DNA of 64,000 bases from Rhynchopus sp. YZ270_cl-10. Its lineage: Eukaryota. Where the stretch lies: contig OZ037834.1 in NCBI GenBank assembly GCA_964035575.1, positions 1,364,001 to 1,428,000 of the forward strand, written 5' to 3'. The translations under genes and the position numbers were made by a program. Below the pieces are notes generated by a model, which did no database searches, was not told the origin of the DNA, and was given only the letters and a program-made list of their open reading frames with translations. Shown here piece after piece: positions 36,113 through 48,253 of this stretch; the first letter of the stretch is position 1; every line of letters begins with the position of its first letter.

Positions 36113-36272
36113 ACACCCAGGTGCCCAGGTGCCCAGGTACCCAGGTACCCAGGTACCCAGGTACCCAGGTACCCAGGTACCCAGGTACCCAGGTACCCAG
36201 GTACCCAGGTACCCAGGTACCCAGGTACCCAGGTACCCAGGTACCCAGGTACCCAGGTACCCAGGTACCCAG
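36113..36272. repeat. (GTACCCAG)n microsatellite
   Basis: About 20 8-mer units. Confidence 0.95.
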
Positions 36273-37755
36273 GTCCAGGTCCAGGAACAGGTACCCAGGA
36301 ACAGGAAAAAAGTCGTGAAAGAGCAACCACAGCTCCACATGACAAACACAAAAGTGTCCAGTCACGTGGGGCATTCATGCACTGAGGAGATAATGATCCA
36401 ACAATTTACAAGAAAGATTACTTAACCTACTGCTGGAAATTGCCAGGTCGTAGTAACACACAAAGTGTGCCTCCGTTCGGGAAGACCGGATATTCTAGAG
36501 ACCAGAAAGGCCTCAAGAATATCTTCCGGTAGTCAAGGTAGAACCGAGTGAACGGCCCAAGACCCCCGTGGAGAAGTTAAATGTTGTAATGCTATCAGGT
36601 AGAAACTGCGAACACTGTCTTACCCTCCTCAATGCATGGTGGTTGATGTCTTCCACAACAAATTTCCTGTACCCAGGTACCCAAATTCCCAGACCCACGC
36701 AGTGGCACATGACCGCCAAGTGTGAGTGACCCACACATGAGGGAATGCGACACTACGCAAAATTTACCACCAGACCCTGTCTTCGTGCACCTGAAGTACA
36801 ACGCCGCAGACAGGCCAAACATGCGTTGGACTCAGAGGAATGCCCGCTGTGCAGGTATCAAACATGAGAACCAACTCCCAGCAACAAGGGGCGCCTTTTG
36901 GCGGGCGTTGTTGAGGGTGTTTGGGGTGCAAAGTTTTCCACAATTTTGATGCGCGGGTACAGAAGTGTTGTCTTGTTCTTTCATCTCTAGGAATGTAAAT
37001 GTCAATCGCGTTTAACTACCACGAGGGCTTGTTTAGTGAACCCACGAGGGGTCGAAGGGGGTTGGTTATCCCATATCTATCAAAGGTTGTGTCGACCAGG
37101 CGAATCCACTATGTTACGCTGTACGTTGTTAAATCCGAAGAAATAACGCTTTAGCAGCCGCAGGAAGTTTGTTAAAAAGAGTGCCTCACGCTACACAAAC
37201 CACCACCCGCGATTGACTTAGATGTTATAACAAAGAGAATTCAGAACAAAACAACACCCTGCCCCATACACACTAAATTGTCATGCTTCAAGAGCATGCC
37301 TGGGCCAAAATTACTGTGACAAAAAGGCAACAAGACCACCCACAAGGAGTGTGAAATGTGCACTGGTTTTCTGGGGGAACGCAATATTTTCTTGTGCCTC
37401 GTCCTCCGCAAGCAGAGGACAGACTTTCCGGAAGGTTTCCAAAGTCGAATTTCTTGCACTAGCTATGCTCCCTGGGTTAAATGGCAATAGCAGTGACTGA
37501 CAAAGTGTACCCATCCCCCTTCCACCCCAGATCTTAGTCCGCAAACTCAGAATGGATTGATGCGGGTGATACTCTTTGGATTTTGAGTTGCTGAATGTCG
37601 GAGACGCGGCGAGGCTTCTCATCACAATCGCAGATGCAGTTCAGATTTCACGATCCTGTGATGAGTGTAAATGTGGAGTGTGATTAATGAATGAAATGTA
37701 TGGTGTAGAAACGCAGTTATCGGGAAAGGTGAGGTTAATGTGGTAAAAAAAGGGG

Positions 37756-39450
37756 ATAAAACTCGTGTAATTTTGTGAATTCCCACAAAGGTGGGTGATA
37801 ATGTGCCCTTTGTCACTCAATTGTAACCGAGAATGTATGGGAGAATGAAATATTATTTCCCAACCCAACAACAACGATAAAGCGTGAAGACAATAAATGA
37901 AATCAAAGCGGAATAAATTTGAGGTTTTGTGAGGCACTCAACGAGTGTGCCGGCTCTGTGGCGTCACGGAGCCACCAACACTCCCCAGTCATTTTTCCTG
38001 CGCTTCCAGGAAAACTCGCGTTTGCGACCAGGCCGAAACGAAAAAATTTAATTCACAGCAAACAGGTGTGAGGGAGAAGAAAAGAAAGTGAACAAAAACG
38101 AAAAAACAATGTTTTTCTGAAATGTGATGTTGTTGGGGTGGGGAGAATAAAACAGTTCCAGAAAAGCTCCTGCGTCGGTTTTCTTTTGGTTAAAAAAATC
38201 ACTCAGTAAAAAAAAGAACTTTTTCATCACTCCCCTCAAACACTGCCAAAACGAAGAAGGACAGGATGTATGACACTTACGGATACCAAGTCTCAGCGGG
38301 TATGAGAAGCAAGGAGGTGTACAAGAAGAAATGGGACGAGTTCTTGCGGTTTTCAAACCTCGAGCGACTTGGTCCGCTTTGTATTGACACGGACCTCGAC
38401 ACCCCGACATGTACTGGCTTTTGAGAAAGGCAGTCGGTTCCTCGGTAGATTGCGTGCAAGTGAGGGAATATCCATCTGCTTGGAAGACGTCAAAACACCA
38501 AACATAGTATTTCGCGACATAAAGGGCAGATCAAATACTCACTGCCTTACATTCTCGGTTACAATTGAGTGACACAAAGGGCATATAATCTGCAAAATTA
38601 CACGAGTTTTATTTCACTGAGTTAGATAATTATTATCTCATGAAATAAAGTGAACATTATTTCACGAGGTGGTGGGTGACTCAAACTGGGGCTCAACTTC
38701 ACGAAGCGAGTGGAGTTCAGCATTTTGATTTCATGAGTGAAGTGAGTGTAATCATAAAAGTGATGTCACGAGCGATAGCGAGTGGGTATCACGTATTCCA
38801 GTTTGTGAATCACCCATCAGTTAAATAATGTTCACTTTAGTTTTCGATACGTAATTTTATACCACGCGTGAAAAACGTAAACAGGTGAAAAAGTGAGTGA
38901 AATAAGATTCGTTTTATTTCACGTTTTATTTCACGCAAATCGTGAAGGATTGGGTGGGGGAGTGAAATAAAAGATCACGGAGTGATCTGAAGGACACGAC
39001 GTGTTCTTCCCTGGGCTCGTTCGCTCCTGAAAGTCTGTTGAAACGGAGGAAATCGTCCCATGTTTTCCTGTACTGCACACCACTGTTCATGTCGTCGAAC
39101 AAGTTGTCATATGCATCCTCCATCTCCGCAAACTTGCGCGTGGGTTTAGGCATGTGTGTAAGAGGCAATAAATAATCTGTAATTTGAAGTGTGGTGGTGT
39201 GAGGGGTGGAGCGTGGGCTCAACGTTCCACTGTTTACACCTATAAATACGTTTTTCACTTGTGGAATAAAATTACATATTGAGTGAAATAAGAACATTTT
39301 CTTGCACTTGCCACTAAAAAGGCACCCTCGTGACTCTCTCACTCTTATTCCCCTCGCTTCGCTCGGGAAATAACGCACTCGGGCACCTTTTTAGTGGCGC
39401 GTGAAATAAAATAGTTCTTATTTCACTCGAATAAATAGTTATTATCTCAC
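37756..39450. mobile_element. Crypton-like (tyrosine recombinase) deletion derivatives, probably two adjacent elements
   Basis: Inverted repeats at 37756-37837 and 38548-38612, plus dense GTGAAATAA/TTATTTCAC and CACGAG motifs. Two mutually similar peptides: +38266 (..GMRSKEVYKKKWDEFLRFSNL) and -39153 (..DMNSGVQYRKTWDDFLRFNRLSGANEPREEH). This block is absent from copy 2 of the host element. Confidence 0.6.
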
Positions 39451-39454
39451 GGGC

Positions 39455-39728
39455 AATAATGTTGTGCTGCGTTTTCGAAATTCCTACAGTATATTTGACA
39501 AATGATGTATGACCACCTAGTACGGGGCGTCAAGGTTGGGTATGGTGAACAGTTCCTCGAAGTCCTATGACTGCAACCCTTTTGGTTGCATGCGCAGATC
39601 TCCTCCACATTGCTTTTGCGCCTACTCTCGGCATGGGTTTTGTTTTGTTCTTTGTGTGCGGAGATAATGTCTACTGTATTTTGTGTAATCTCCAGGAAGG
39701 AATTTCGAAAACGCGGCTAAACATTATT
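39455..39728. mobile_element. Small inverted-repeat element
   Basis: AATAATGTT..GCGTTTTCGAAATTCCT / AGGAATTTCGAAAACGC..AACATTATT. Confidence 0.65.
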
Positions 39729-40152
39729 ACACAAGTGAGATAAAAAATTGTTGGCTCTCTCTCTGTTGTTTTGGCTTTTGTTTTTTTGTCTATTTGTGAC
39801 GAGGCCTGGAACACCTGAACATAGGCATATCTGGAAAATCTATCTGAGGTGTGGCAAATTAAATATATTCAAGCGTGTGGTTGAGGCGCACCTAAACATA
39901 AGTAAGTGCCAAGTCTGAACATTTATTTTCAGAGGCCTTAGTGAGGCTGTTTCGGCCTCGTTGCATTGTATCATGATGTAATAAGGTTCACATACTTTCG
40001 ATTCAAAGAAGAGAAAGCACACAAGAAAATAAAATGCTGCAAACCACTGGGTGTGTTGTTTGCATCTACACAAGTAACTGAAAGTTAAACATTTACATAC
40101 CTTGTCTTCCCCGTAGCCTCCGCCTTCGCTGCTGTCAAGCTGCCTTCTCTTG

Positions 40153-40452
40153 GTACCCAGTACCCAGTACCCAGTACCCAGTACCCAGTACCCAGTACCC
40201 AGTACCCAGTACCCAGTACCCAGTACCCAGTACCCAGTACCCAGTACCCAGTACCCAGTACCCAGTACCCAGTACCCAGTACCCAGTACCCAGTACCCAG
40301 TACCCAGTACCCAGTACCCAGTACCCAGTACCCAGTACCCAGTACCCAGTACCCAGTACCCAGTACCCAGTACCCAGTACCCAGTACCCAGTACCCAGTA
40401 CCCAGTACCCAGTACCCAGTACCCAGTACCCAGTACCCAGTACCCAGTACCC
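40153..40452. repeat. (CCAGTAC)n microsatellite, ~43 units
   Basis: Perfect 7-mer array. Its upstream flank (ACATACCTTGTCTTCCCCGTA..CGCCTTCGCTGCT) matches that of the 24863 array. Confidence 0.97.
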
Positions 40453-41465
40453 AAATTGGTCGCCCCCTGGTTGGTCGAGAACCTAAAAATGCAAAAAAAC
40501 GCAAAATTCATGTGTTTTGACCATGTCTGGGTACACCAAATACACACCTCTGAACAAGCCTATACCCAGTAGTAGGCAACAAGCGCTATTTTTTGACCAA
40601 GAAAAAAAAAATCCCCCAAAAATTGGGTGTAGTAGGTCATAAAATGGCCCAAAAAATTCAAAGAAAACCTCAGATTGACCAAACAATGAAAAAAATTTTC
40701 AAGTCAAATTTTCAGCCAAAATACGGCTATTTTGGTAAAACCATGTGTACTGTAGTGGCTATACAAGGCGATTTTCGGCCAAAAAAATTTTTTTGGCCAA
40801 AAAAAAAATTTTTTTTTTCGGCCCAAAAAAAAAAAAAAATTTTTTTTTGGGTCCGACTGTCGGACCCCAGAGTCCGACAGACGGACCCCTGAGTCCGTCT
40901 GTCGGACTCAGGGGGTCCGACTGTCGGACTCAGGGGGTAAGTCCGTTATTTACACACTCCAAGCACGACAGACCGCACCGTGCTTGGTATTCACTCTCGT
41001 CTCTTCAGCGCTGCCGAGGCAGTGTGGCCGCTCTTTTTTGTTCTATCCAGAGTAAACCCGGGACCGTGTCCCAGCTGGTGCCGTTTTTCACATCTAGGAC
41101 GTGCGGGTTGCCGTTTTACGGAGGTCACCTCCCCGTTTGCCACACAGGGTTTACAGACAGCACACCTCCCCCTATTTTGTTTTGTCCTTTTCGCGTTGTG
41201 CACTTTTTCCATTTTATTTTTTTGTGTTTACCCTCAGCATAATTATTGTGTTGTTTGTTTGTTTATGAGACAAAAAAGGCAGTTTTAATGGGGTTTTTTT
41301 TGCGAAGTTTTTGTTATCAAGAAAAAAGCGGGGTGGGGGTAGGGGTAATACAAGTTTTATTATATTTTTGAAAACTTGGTTGTATTAGCGTAGATACCCG
41401 AGTATGAGCTCCACTATATATTTTTTTAAATAGACAGGAAAGATTCTGGCGAGCAAAAATGATAA

Positions 41466-41780
41466 GGGCTTAGTTATTTTTTTTTTTGGTACGCGTCCGC
41501 GCGCGCTCAAATTTTTGGAAATCCAAAAATAAAAAATAAAAAATAAAAAAAAATATGCCGGTGTGGTGTGCATGGAAAAGTATAAAAAAAAAAGTTGGAA
41601 AATTTCAACAATTTTTTTTTTCGAATATTTTTTTTCGAAATATTTTTTTTTGGGCACAACATTGATTTTGCAGGCCAAAACAAGTTATTTTTTTTTGGTA
41701 TTTTATTTTTTTTTGCGCGCGCGCGCTCAAAATTTGAGGGGGGTCCCGGACGCGTACCAAAAAAAAAAATAACTAAGCCC
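41466..41780. mobile_element. PIF/Harbinger (Tourist)-like MITE, TSD TAA
   Basis: TIR GGGCTTAGTTATTTTTTTTTTTGGTACGCGTCCG at both ends, TAA flanks. Confidence 0.85.
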
Positions 41781-42917
41781 TAAAGGTAAAAAAAAAAAAA
41801 AAAAAAAAAATCAAAAAACAAAAAACGCAGAAAACTTTATAAGATGAACCTAAGCCTCTCGTGCATGGCCATCTTGAAAAAAAAAAAAGGGGGGGTGTTT
41901 TGTTGATTGATAACAACAGCAAAACACGCCCCCCTTTTTTATTTTTTTCTTCGCTTTTTGAAAAATATCATGGGTTACTTTAGAATTTGCCACTATGCTT
42001 TATGCAATACCCTCTTTTTTCCCTTTTTTTGTACACAGTGTTGTGTAAATGATGCTGAAGAGAGAGAGAAAAAAAAAAAAAAAAAAAGTAAAATTAGAGG
42101 TGATTGCAGGAGTGGTGTAACGACCCTGAACACTTTTTTTTTTCCAAAAAAAAAGTAAAAAAAGGTTGAAATGTTGCTAAAACGCATTCTTAGTCGAGCT
42201 CTGCATATAAAAGAAAACAGTATTCCCTTTTTAGCAGACACCTCAATTCATGAGCGAACTCAACAGAATGCAAAGCAAAGACGAGAAGGGGGGGATTTTG
42301 AATGAAAGTTGTTGTTTTTTTTTTTTTTTTTGCTTTGTGCTCTTTTTGTTTTGTGTGTTGGTGGTCTTTAAAAATGTACTATTTGCTTTTTTTGTTGCTT
42401 TTGTGTTTTGGATCCACCAATTGGCCTTGCAAATGGCAAAGCAAAGACGAGAAGAGGGGGGGAGATAATAGAAAATTTTGTTTGATTATTTAGACAACAT
42501 CACGAGATAGCAGTCACAATTTTTCTTTTTTTTCACAGAATCCTTAAAAGGGAGCAAATAGAAGGAAGTACGCTTTGCAGGATATATCAGAATAGTTAAC
42601 TGAGCACAAAAACTGAGCACAATCACGCCACAATTACACCACAATTACAGCACAATTACAGCGGCCCAAAACGGTACATAGTTTTTCTATTTTGTTTGTT
42701 TTTTTTTTTTTTTTGGGGGGGGGGAACAAAAAAGTAAATGTTATTTTTTCCTCATTGAGCGCAAATATTTAGATGGTTCTTTGCTTTATTTGAAAACTTG
42801 GTTGTATTAGTGTAGCCACCCTAGAGTGTGCTCCACTACCGCTTTATTATTGTGACCAGGTGTTCAATCACACTTCGTGTTTTTGGAAATCATTACGAGC
42901 AGTTTTTTTTTTCTATA

Positions 42918-43455
42918 CTGGGGGGGAGCTATTAAAGTATACGTATACTTTATTCGGCGGGAATTACTGCTTAAATGGCCAAAAAACGAAAAGGGAAAAA
43001 AAAAAAAAAAATCACTGTTATTTTGGGGTTTCTAGTGGCCGAAACCTCGCGAAAACACCACCATTGACATTTTTGGGCCAATCCCAGCCAGTGGTGGGGT
43101 CAATGTGGAAAAATGAACAATTTTTTGGTGACTTAAATTTTCACAAATCTGAACCCCATCAGGCACCAATCGTGTAAAAACTGATACACGCGTTTTAGGT
43201 CAAAAATACTCATTTCTCAGCGCAAAGTGACCCCATCGCAGCACGCACAGAATCCGGACCACCGAAATCAAAAAAAAAAAAATTCCGATTTTTTGTGCAA
43301 AAAATGCTGAAAAAAATTTTTAGTAAGAAAAATGTACACAAAAACCGTATACTTTATTTCACAGATTGCCACGCTCAAAATGGGTTTCCGCGCCGTATAC
43401 TTTATTACCCCCGTATACTTTATTAGCACCGTATACTTTATTAGCCCCCCCCCAG
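42918..43455. mobile_element. TA-flanked MITE (Tc1/mariner-like)
   Basis: TIR CTGGGGGGG.GCTA.TAAAGTATACG, TA flanks, and subterminal CCGTATACTTTATT repeats (43346-43443). Confidence 0.8.
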
Positions 43456-44402
43456 TAGTCAAAGAGAGAGAGAGAATAGAATCTGACTTCAGGATAGAAC
43501 AAATGAATGAAAAAACAAAACAAAAGAGAGAAAAAAAAGGAAATCAACAAAAAAAAAAAAGACGGAATTTTTGGAGAGGGAGATCTTGTCTAAAACACTC
43601 TCCATTTTGTTTAGCCACCCGAAGAAAATAGGCAAAGAAAAAAAAAGGAAAAGGGGTTGAAAGATGAACGGGTCTTTTGTACCTGCATCTTCTGGCATGC
43701 TACTTATTCAGTAGGATGAAAAAAAATTGCCAAATGCTTAAATGGGTGCAAGGAAGAAAATTGATATTCGTACTTACCACAGCAAAAAAACAGCAAGCAA
43801 TGAAGGAAGAAAACTTAAAAAAGATAAAATGGGTCGCGACGAAAATACACATCCATCTTCTGAAGTTTATTTTTAAAAAAAAACACAACACAAGCAAGCA
43901 AGCAAACGACTATTATCGATTTTTTTTTTGTGAGGAGAAACTTTACGGAAGAAAATAAAAGGGTAGTTATTGATGGCACTCCCGACTGACCTAAGGATGA
44001 AAATCACAAAAATAAAATGATAACGTCCTACAGAATGCACATAACTACCCTAAGAACAATAGCAAGACACATTTTTTTGTGTGATTTAAAAAAAAATATA
44101 AAACAAAACGCGTTGAAAGTACAAACCCCATCACCGGGCATAAAATAGGAACACTCTTTCAGCCTCTCAAAAAACAAAACAAAATCAACAGATTCTTTGT
44201 AAAAAAATTCGAGACGGGGAAAAAAGAGAAATGTGCATCGTTATGGAGGTTTCTTTACAAGAAGCGAAGCCCCCACAAAGGCTCCCACACCACCCCTCCA
44301 TACCCCCCTCCCTACTACTCCAAATAAGAGTAATGGTTCCCCCCTCCCTTCCCCTTCCCCTTCCCCCCTTAGCTAATGCTCAAAATCGCTGGGAAAAAAA
44401 AA

Positions 44403-45575
44403 CTACTCTTCCTCAACGAGATCTTCTTCGACTTCCCCTTCTTCTTGCTCTTCGTCCTCCTCCTCCTCAACTGCAAAGTCGAGAGCCGCGTCCTCTTCTA
44501 TATCACTGCAGGCATCTTCATCAGCGACGGTGTCCTTTCCCTCCTCCTCCTCTTCCTCTTCCTCAACGTGCTCTTGAAGCTGTTCTTCAACCTCTTCTGG
44601 TTTTGCTAGACCGACCTCATTCGAGCCAGATTCGTTTGTCTGTAATTCGGATTCGGGATTTAATATTGGTTGAGGTTGAGGCTGAGATTGGGATTCATCC
44701 TGCAACTCGGATGGAGAGTTTGACGAAATTGCTTCGATTTGACCGTCATTTTGATTTTCAAACCCAATTTCTTCTCCAGATGGATTATCCTCCTCCCCTT
44801 CACGCTTCAAGGAATATGTCAAGGGTTCAATCACATTCCCCTTTTCGTCTGCAGATTGGGTATCGTTTTCATCGTCTTCTGTGATTTGCGTAGGTCTGGT
44901 AGGTGTAATGGGCTCTCCTGCGACATCATGGGTTTGGCCAGGGACTGTCATATTGCTGTCGGTATGCGCGAGAATCCGCACCGATTTTTTTCTGGCAGGG
45001 CTGTCGCACCCCCTGGAGCGCAATGGGGATGCTACGCAACCGGTCTTTTTTTCTACCTTCGCTGCCTCACGATGAACCCGCAGATCCCTCAAATTTGCAA
45101 CGTGGGAGTGATAGTTCAACAACTGCGCTGTCGTGCATAATGGATGACTGTTTCTCAGCGTCGCCAGCCGAGAATCAGCGATTCCAGTATATTTGTGAAA
45201 AGGCGACAAACCACGTCTGGTCTGCTCCAACACCTTCGCACCTAATGGAGCTAGCGGGGTATGCCGTTTTGGGGCAGGTCGTGGAGGGGGTACGGCAGTA
45301 CTGCGAAGGGTGCTGTCCACGAGAACCGATCCATTCCAGAGACCAGACGGGACTACCGGAGCTTCCCGCACCCTTCCAACACTCCGTAGGGTGGGGCAAT
45401 GCAGAGGGAGGACTGGACTGCGTCGTCTTTCCCCACGGTGCTGTAAGTCAGCGGAAAGAAACATTCTGCGTAAGCCGTCAACATCCTGCTGGGTCGGCTG
45501 GGTGATTCGCGTCGGCGATAATGATGAAGGAAGAGGAGAAGGCAGCAACGCAGCTGGAGAAGGGGATACTGACAT
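44403..45575 (-). CDS. Hypothetical protein, Pro/Ser-rich N-terminus and very acidic C-terminus, 390 aa
   Basis: Long GC-richer ORF on the gene strand, bounded by low-complexity UTR-like DNA. No recognisable domain. Confidence 0.72.
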   Translation of the reverse strand: MSVSPSPAALLPSPLPSSLSPTRITQPTQQDVDGLRRMFLSADLQHRGERRRSPVLPLHCPTLRSVGRVREAPVVPSGLWNGSVLVDSTLRSTAVPPPRPAPKRHTPLAPLGAKVLEQTRRGLSPFHKYTGIADSRLATLRNSHPLCTTAQLLNYHSHVANLRDLRVHREAAKVEKKTGCVASPLRSRGCDSPARKKSVRILAHTDSNMTVPGQTHDVAGEPITPTRPTQITEDDENDTQSADEKGNVIEPLTYSLKREGEEDNPSGEEIGFENQNDGQIEAISSNSPSELQDESQSQPQPQPILNPESELQTNESGSNEVGLAKPEEVEEQLQEHVEEEEEEEEGKDTVADEDACSDIEEDAALDFAVEEEEDEEQEEGEVEEDLVEEE

Positions 45576-45621
45576 GAGGGGGGGGATTTATTTAAATAAA
45601 ATGAAGAGAGAGGAGGGGGAG

Positions 45622-45848
45622 AGAGAAAGAGAAAGAGAAAGAGAAAGAGAAAGAGAAAGAGAAAGAGAAAGAGAAGAGAAAGAAAAGAGAAAGAGAAAGA
45701 GAAAGAGAAAGAGAAAGAGAAAGAGAAAGAGAAAGAGAAAGAGAAAGAGAAAGAGAAAGAGAAAGAGAAAGAGAAAGAGAAAGAGAAAGAGAAAGAGAAA
45801 GAGAAAGAGAAAGAGAAAGAGAAAGAGAAAGAGAAAGAGAAAGAGAAA
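45622..45848. repeat. (GAGAAA)n microsatellite; reads (TTTCTC)n polypyrimidine on the gene strand
   Basis: Directly visible, just upstream of the 45575 start codon. Confidence 0.95.
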
Positions 45849-47133
45849 AGGAAAAAGTGTAATATGTTTCTGTGGAGTAGTTGGAGGTTGGGGGGAATGG
45901 GAGAAAGAAAAAAAAAGAAAAGAAAAATTTATAAGATGACCCTAAGCCTCTCGTGCGTAGTCACCTTTAAAAAAGTGTAGTAAGAGAGAGAGAGAGAGAG
46001 ATAGATGAGGGAAAATTGAATGTCGCTTTGTTTTTTAACGCTTCCTTTTTTGAAAAGGATATAAAAAGGTTTTGGTATGTGTGTGTGTGTGTTTTTGTTT
46101 TCTTTTTAATTCAGTGCTGTTCCAGTATTTTTTTTGGGGGTTTTTTTTCTCAGAGTCCTAGCTTATATCTTTCAGTCTAAAGTGTTCAGGATCTTGAAAA
46201 AAAAAAATTCTTTTTTTTTGTGCAGAACACCCAGTGATTTTCCTCTCCCCCGATTTTTTTTTTTTTGCCGGGGGAATTTTTTTTTTTGGTTTTGAAATTT
46301 TTTTTTTACTAGTGCTTAACAGTACTGACACCAAGGCCGAGCCCAACCCAGCTCAAGTTGGGGCCTCCGGCGGAATGTGAAAATTTCTGGGTTGTCCAAC
46401 TGCGGAGTTCGGCACTTCACTAATATTTGCACCAGGCACACATGGTGCGCGAATTAGCAGTAACCTCAGTACATTTACAAAAAAAAAACGGCGGTCGTGG
46501 CACCCAAAGGTTCCTGGCGAAGCCACGGTACGCAACATTTCAACAAATTGCGCTTAAAAATGCACATTTTTACTGCCAAACTGTCATGGGAAGGGTGGGT
46601 TGCAAGCTTGCGCTGCAGGCGCACGGTACGCTACTTTTTTCCTTTCGCCATGCTGCATGCTTCCTTTTCCTTCGGCATTTGACCAATTGAGTCGCGTTCT
46701 GGCTGTGACGGGGTCACTTTGTTCATAAAAACATTTCTGGTCACTCAGAGGCAGGGACTTCCGCCCATCCCCATCCCCCACCCTACCCACCCACCCAATA
46801 CCGGTCACATATGACCGGCCCTGGCCGGTCCCTTAAGATAAGCCCCGTGGGGGAAAAATATTTTTCCCCCGGCAGCTTTTTTTTTTTTTTTTTTTTTTTG
46901 GGGGAAAACATATTTTTCCCCCACGTAGGAAAATCACTGAGAACACCCGAGGATGTACTTCACTATTGTTGCTTAATTTTGATTGTAGTGGTGCTCTTAT
47001 CCTACCCATGTAAGCTCCATTTTCCCTATGTTTTTTTTTTGGGGGGGAATACTTTTTGGTTGAGTTTTTTTTTCTTCTTCTTTTGTGGACGTCCAAGAAC
47101 AGAATGATCCACAAAGGAAAAAAAAAACGAATA

Positions 47134-47164
<31 letters not shown>

Positions 47165-47293
47165 CAAATGAAAAAAATATAAAATATTTTAGGGCCTTCC
47201 ATTTTAGAAAAATGGAATCAAAAGGAGGGAAGAGAGAAAAAAATGGGGAGAAAAAAAAAGAGAGAGAGAAAGTTGAAAGGTGCAAACGTCTCA

Positions 47294-48253
47294 GGGGTGG
47301 CATCAAAACAAAAAACGCGGACAATGTCCGCGTTTTTGGGGGGGGAGGGGGGGGGTCTGAAATTCCAGAAAACGCGGACATTTTGGAGTTTTTTTTTCCT
47401 GGAAATTTTTTTTCTTTGCCGGGGTTGTACACGATTTTGACCAAAATTTATAAAAACTCGTCCATTTCGGCAAATTGACCCCACCACAGAACCGGCGGAT
47501 TCAGGAAATGCAAATGCCGGTGTTTTCGGGCAAAATAAAAAATACAAGATGCCCGCGTTTTTTTTTGCAAAATGTACACGCATGGGGGGCCCTAAAACCC
47601 CTGCTACCACGTGTTTCTACAGGCAAACACTTGGACCCATTGACCTTACACGACGGGTTTTGACCAAAATCAAGAACTTGCCCATTTTGGCAAATTGACC
47701 CCACCACAGAAAGGACGGATTCCGGAAATGCAAATGCCGGTGTTTTTGCGCATTTTCATGGTTTCAGCATCAGAGAGAGAAAATCTGCGTTGTGGGATTT
47801 ACCTTGGCCCCTTTACCTTACACTCATTTTGACCAAAACCAAGAACTTGGCCATTTCGGCAAATTGACCCCACCACAGCGCGGACAGATTCCGGAAATGC
47901 CAATTGCGGCATGTTTTGGGGCTGAAAAATTTTCACCTGAAAATTTTTTTCAGCAGCATTTTTTGGCCGAAAATGGGCCCCACGTATTAGTGACCGGGCT
48001 CATATTTTCAAAAATTTAAGTGGTCAAAAAATTGTCCAATTTTCGAGATTGACCCCACCACTTTCTGGACGGATTCCGGAAATGCCAAAAAACTGTGTTT
48101 TGGGTCACGAATTTGCACCCCGTCACCCAAAAACCAGCAAAAAATAGGGGGGAAAAAAACCAAAAATGTCCGCGTTTTGGGGGGGGGAGGGGGGGGTCTG
48201 AAATTCCCCAAAAACGCGGACATTGTCCGCGTTTTTTGTTTTGATGCCACCCC
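47294..48253. mobile_element. Harbinger-like MITE, TSD TCA, with four internal ~60-bp direct repeats
   Basis: TIR GGGGTGGCATCAAAACAAAAAACGCGGACAATGTCCGCGTTTTTGGGG, TCA flanks. Internal unit GGCAAATTGACCCCACCACAG..CGGATTCCGGAAATGC at ~47462, 47681, 47851 and 48045. Confidence 0.88.

Larger units (their letters stand above)
35952..40982. mobile_element. CACGG-terminated TIR element, copy 3, with nested Crypton-like relics
   Basis: TIR CACGGTGCAGTCTGTC / GACAGACCGCACCGTG with CT/CT flanks. Subterminal GTCGGACCCC/GAGTCCGAC arrays (35976-36110, 40849-40937). Core shared with copy 2. Confidence 0.88.

Noticed and set aside
41369..41414. Modules A-D as spliced-leader RNA, snRNA or snoRNA genes
   Set aside because: No euglenozoan SL core (TTTCTGTACT..ATTG|GTA), Sm site or consistent C/D or AGA boxes were seen; copies are short and degenerate. 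An Rfam scan would settle it.
45310..45939. + strand ORF with RE/RK repeats
   Set aside because: Translation of the (GAGAAA)n microsatellite, antisense to a real gene.
47462..48085. CRISPR-like spaced direct repeats
   Set aside because: Degenerate ~60-bp units with 100-160-bp irregular spacers inside a TIR element; no cas genes; eukaryotic context.
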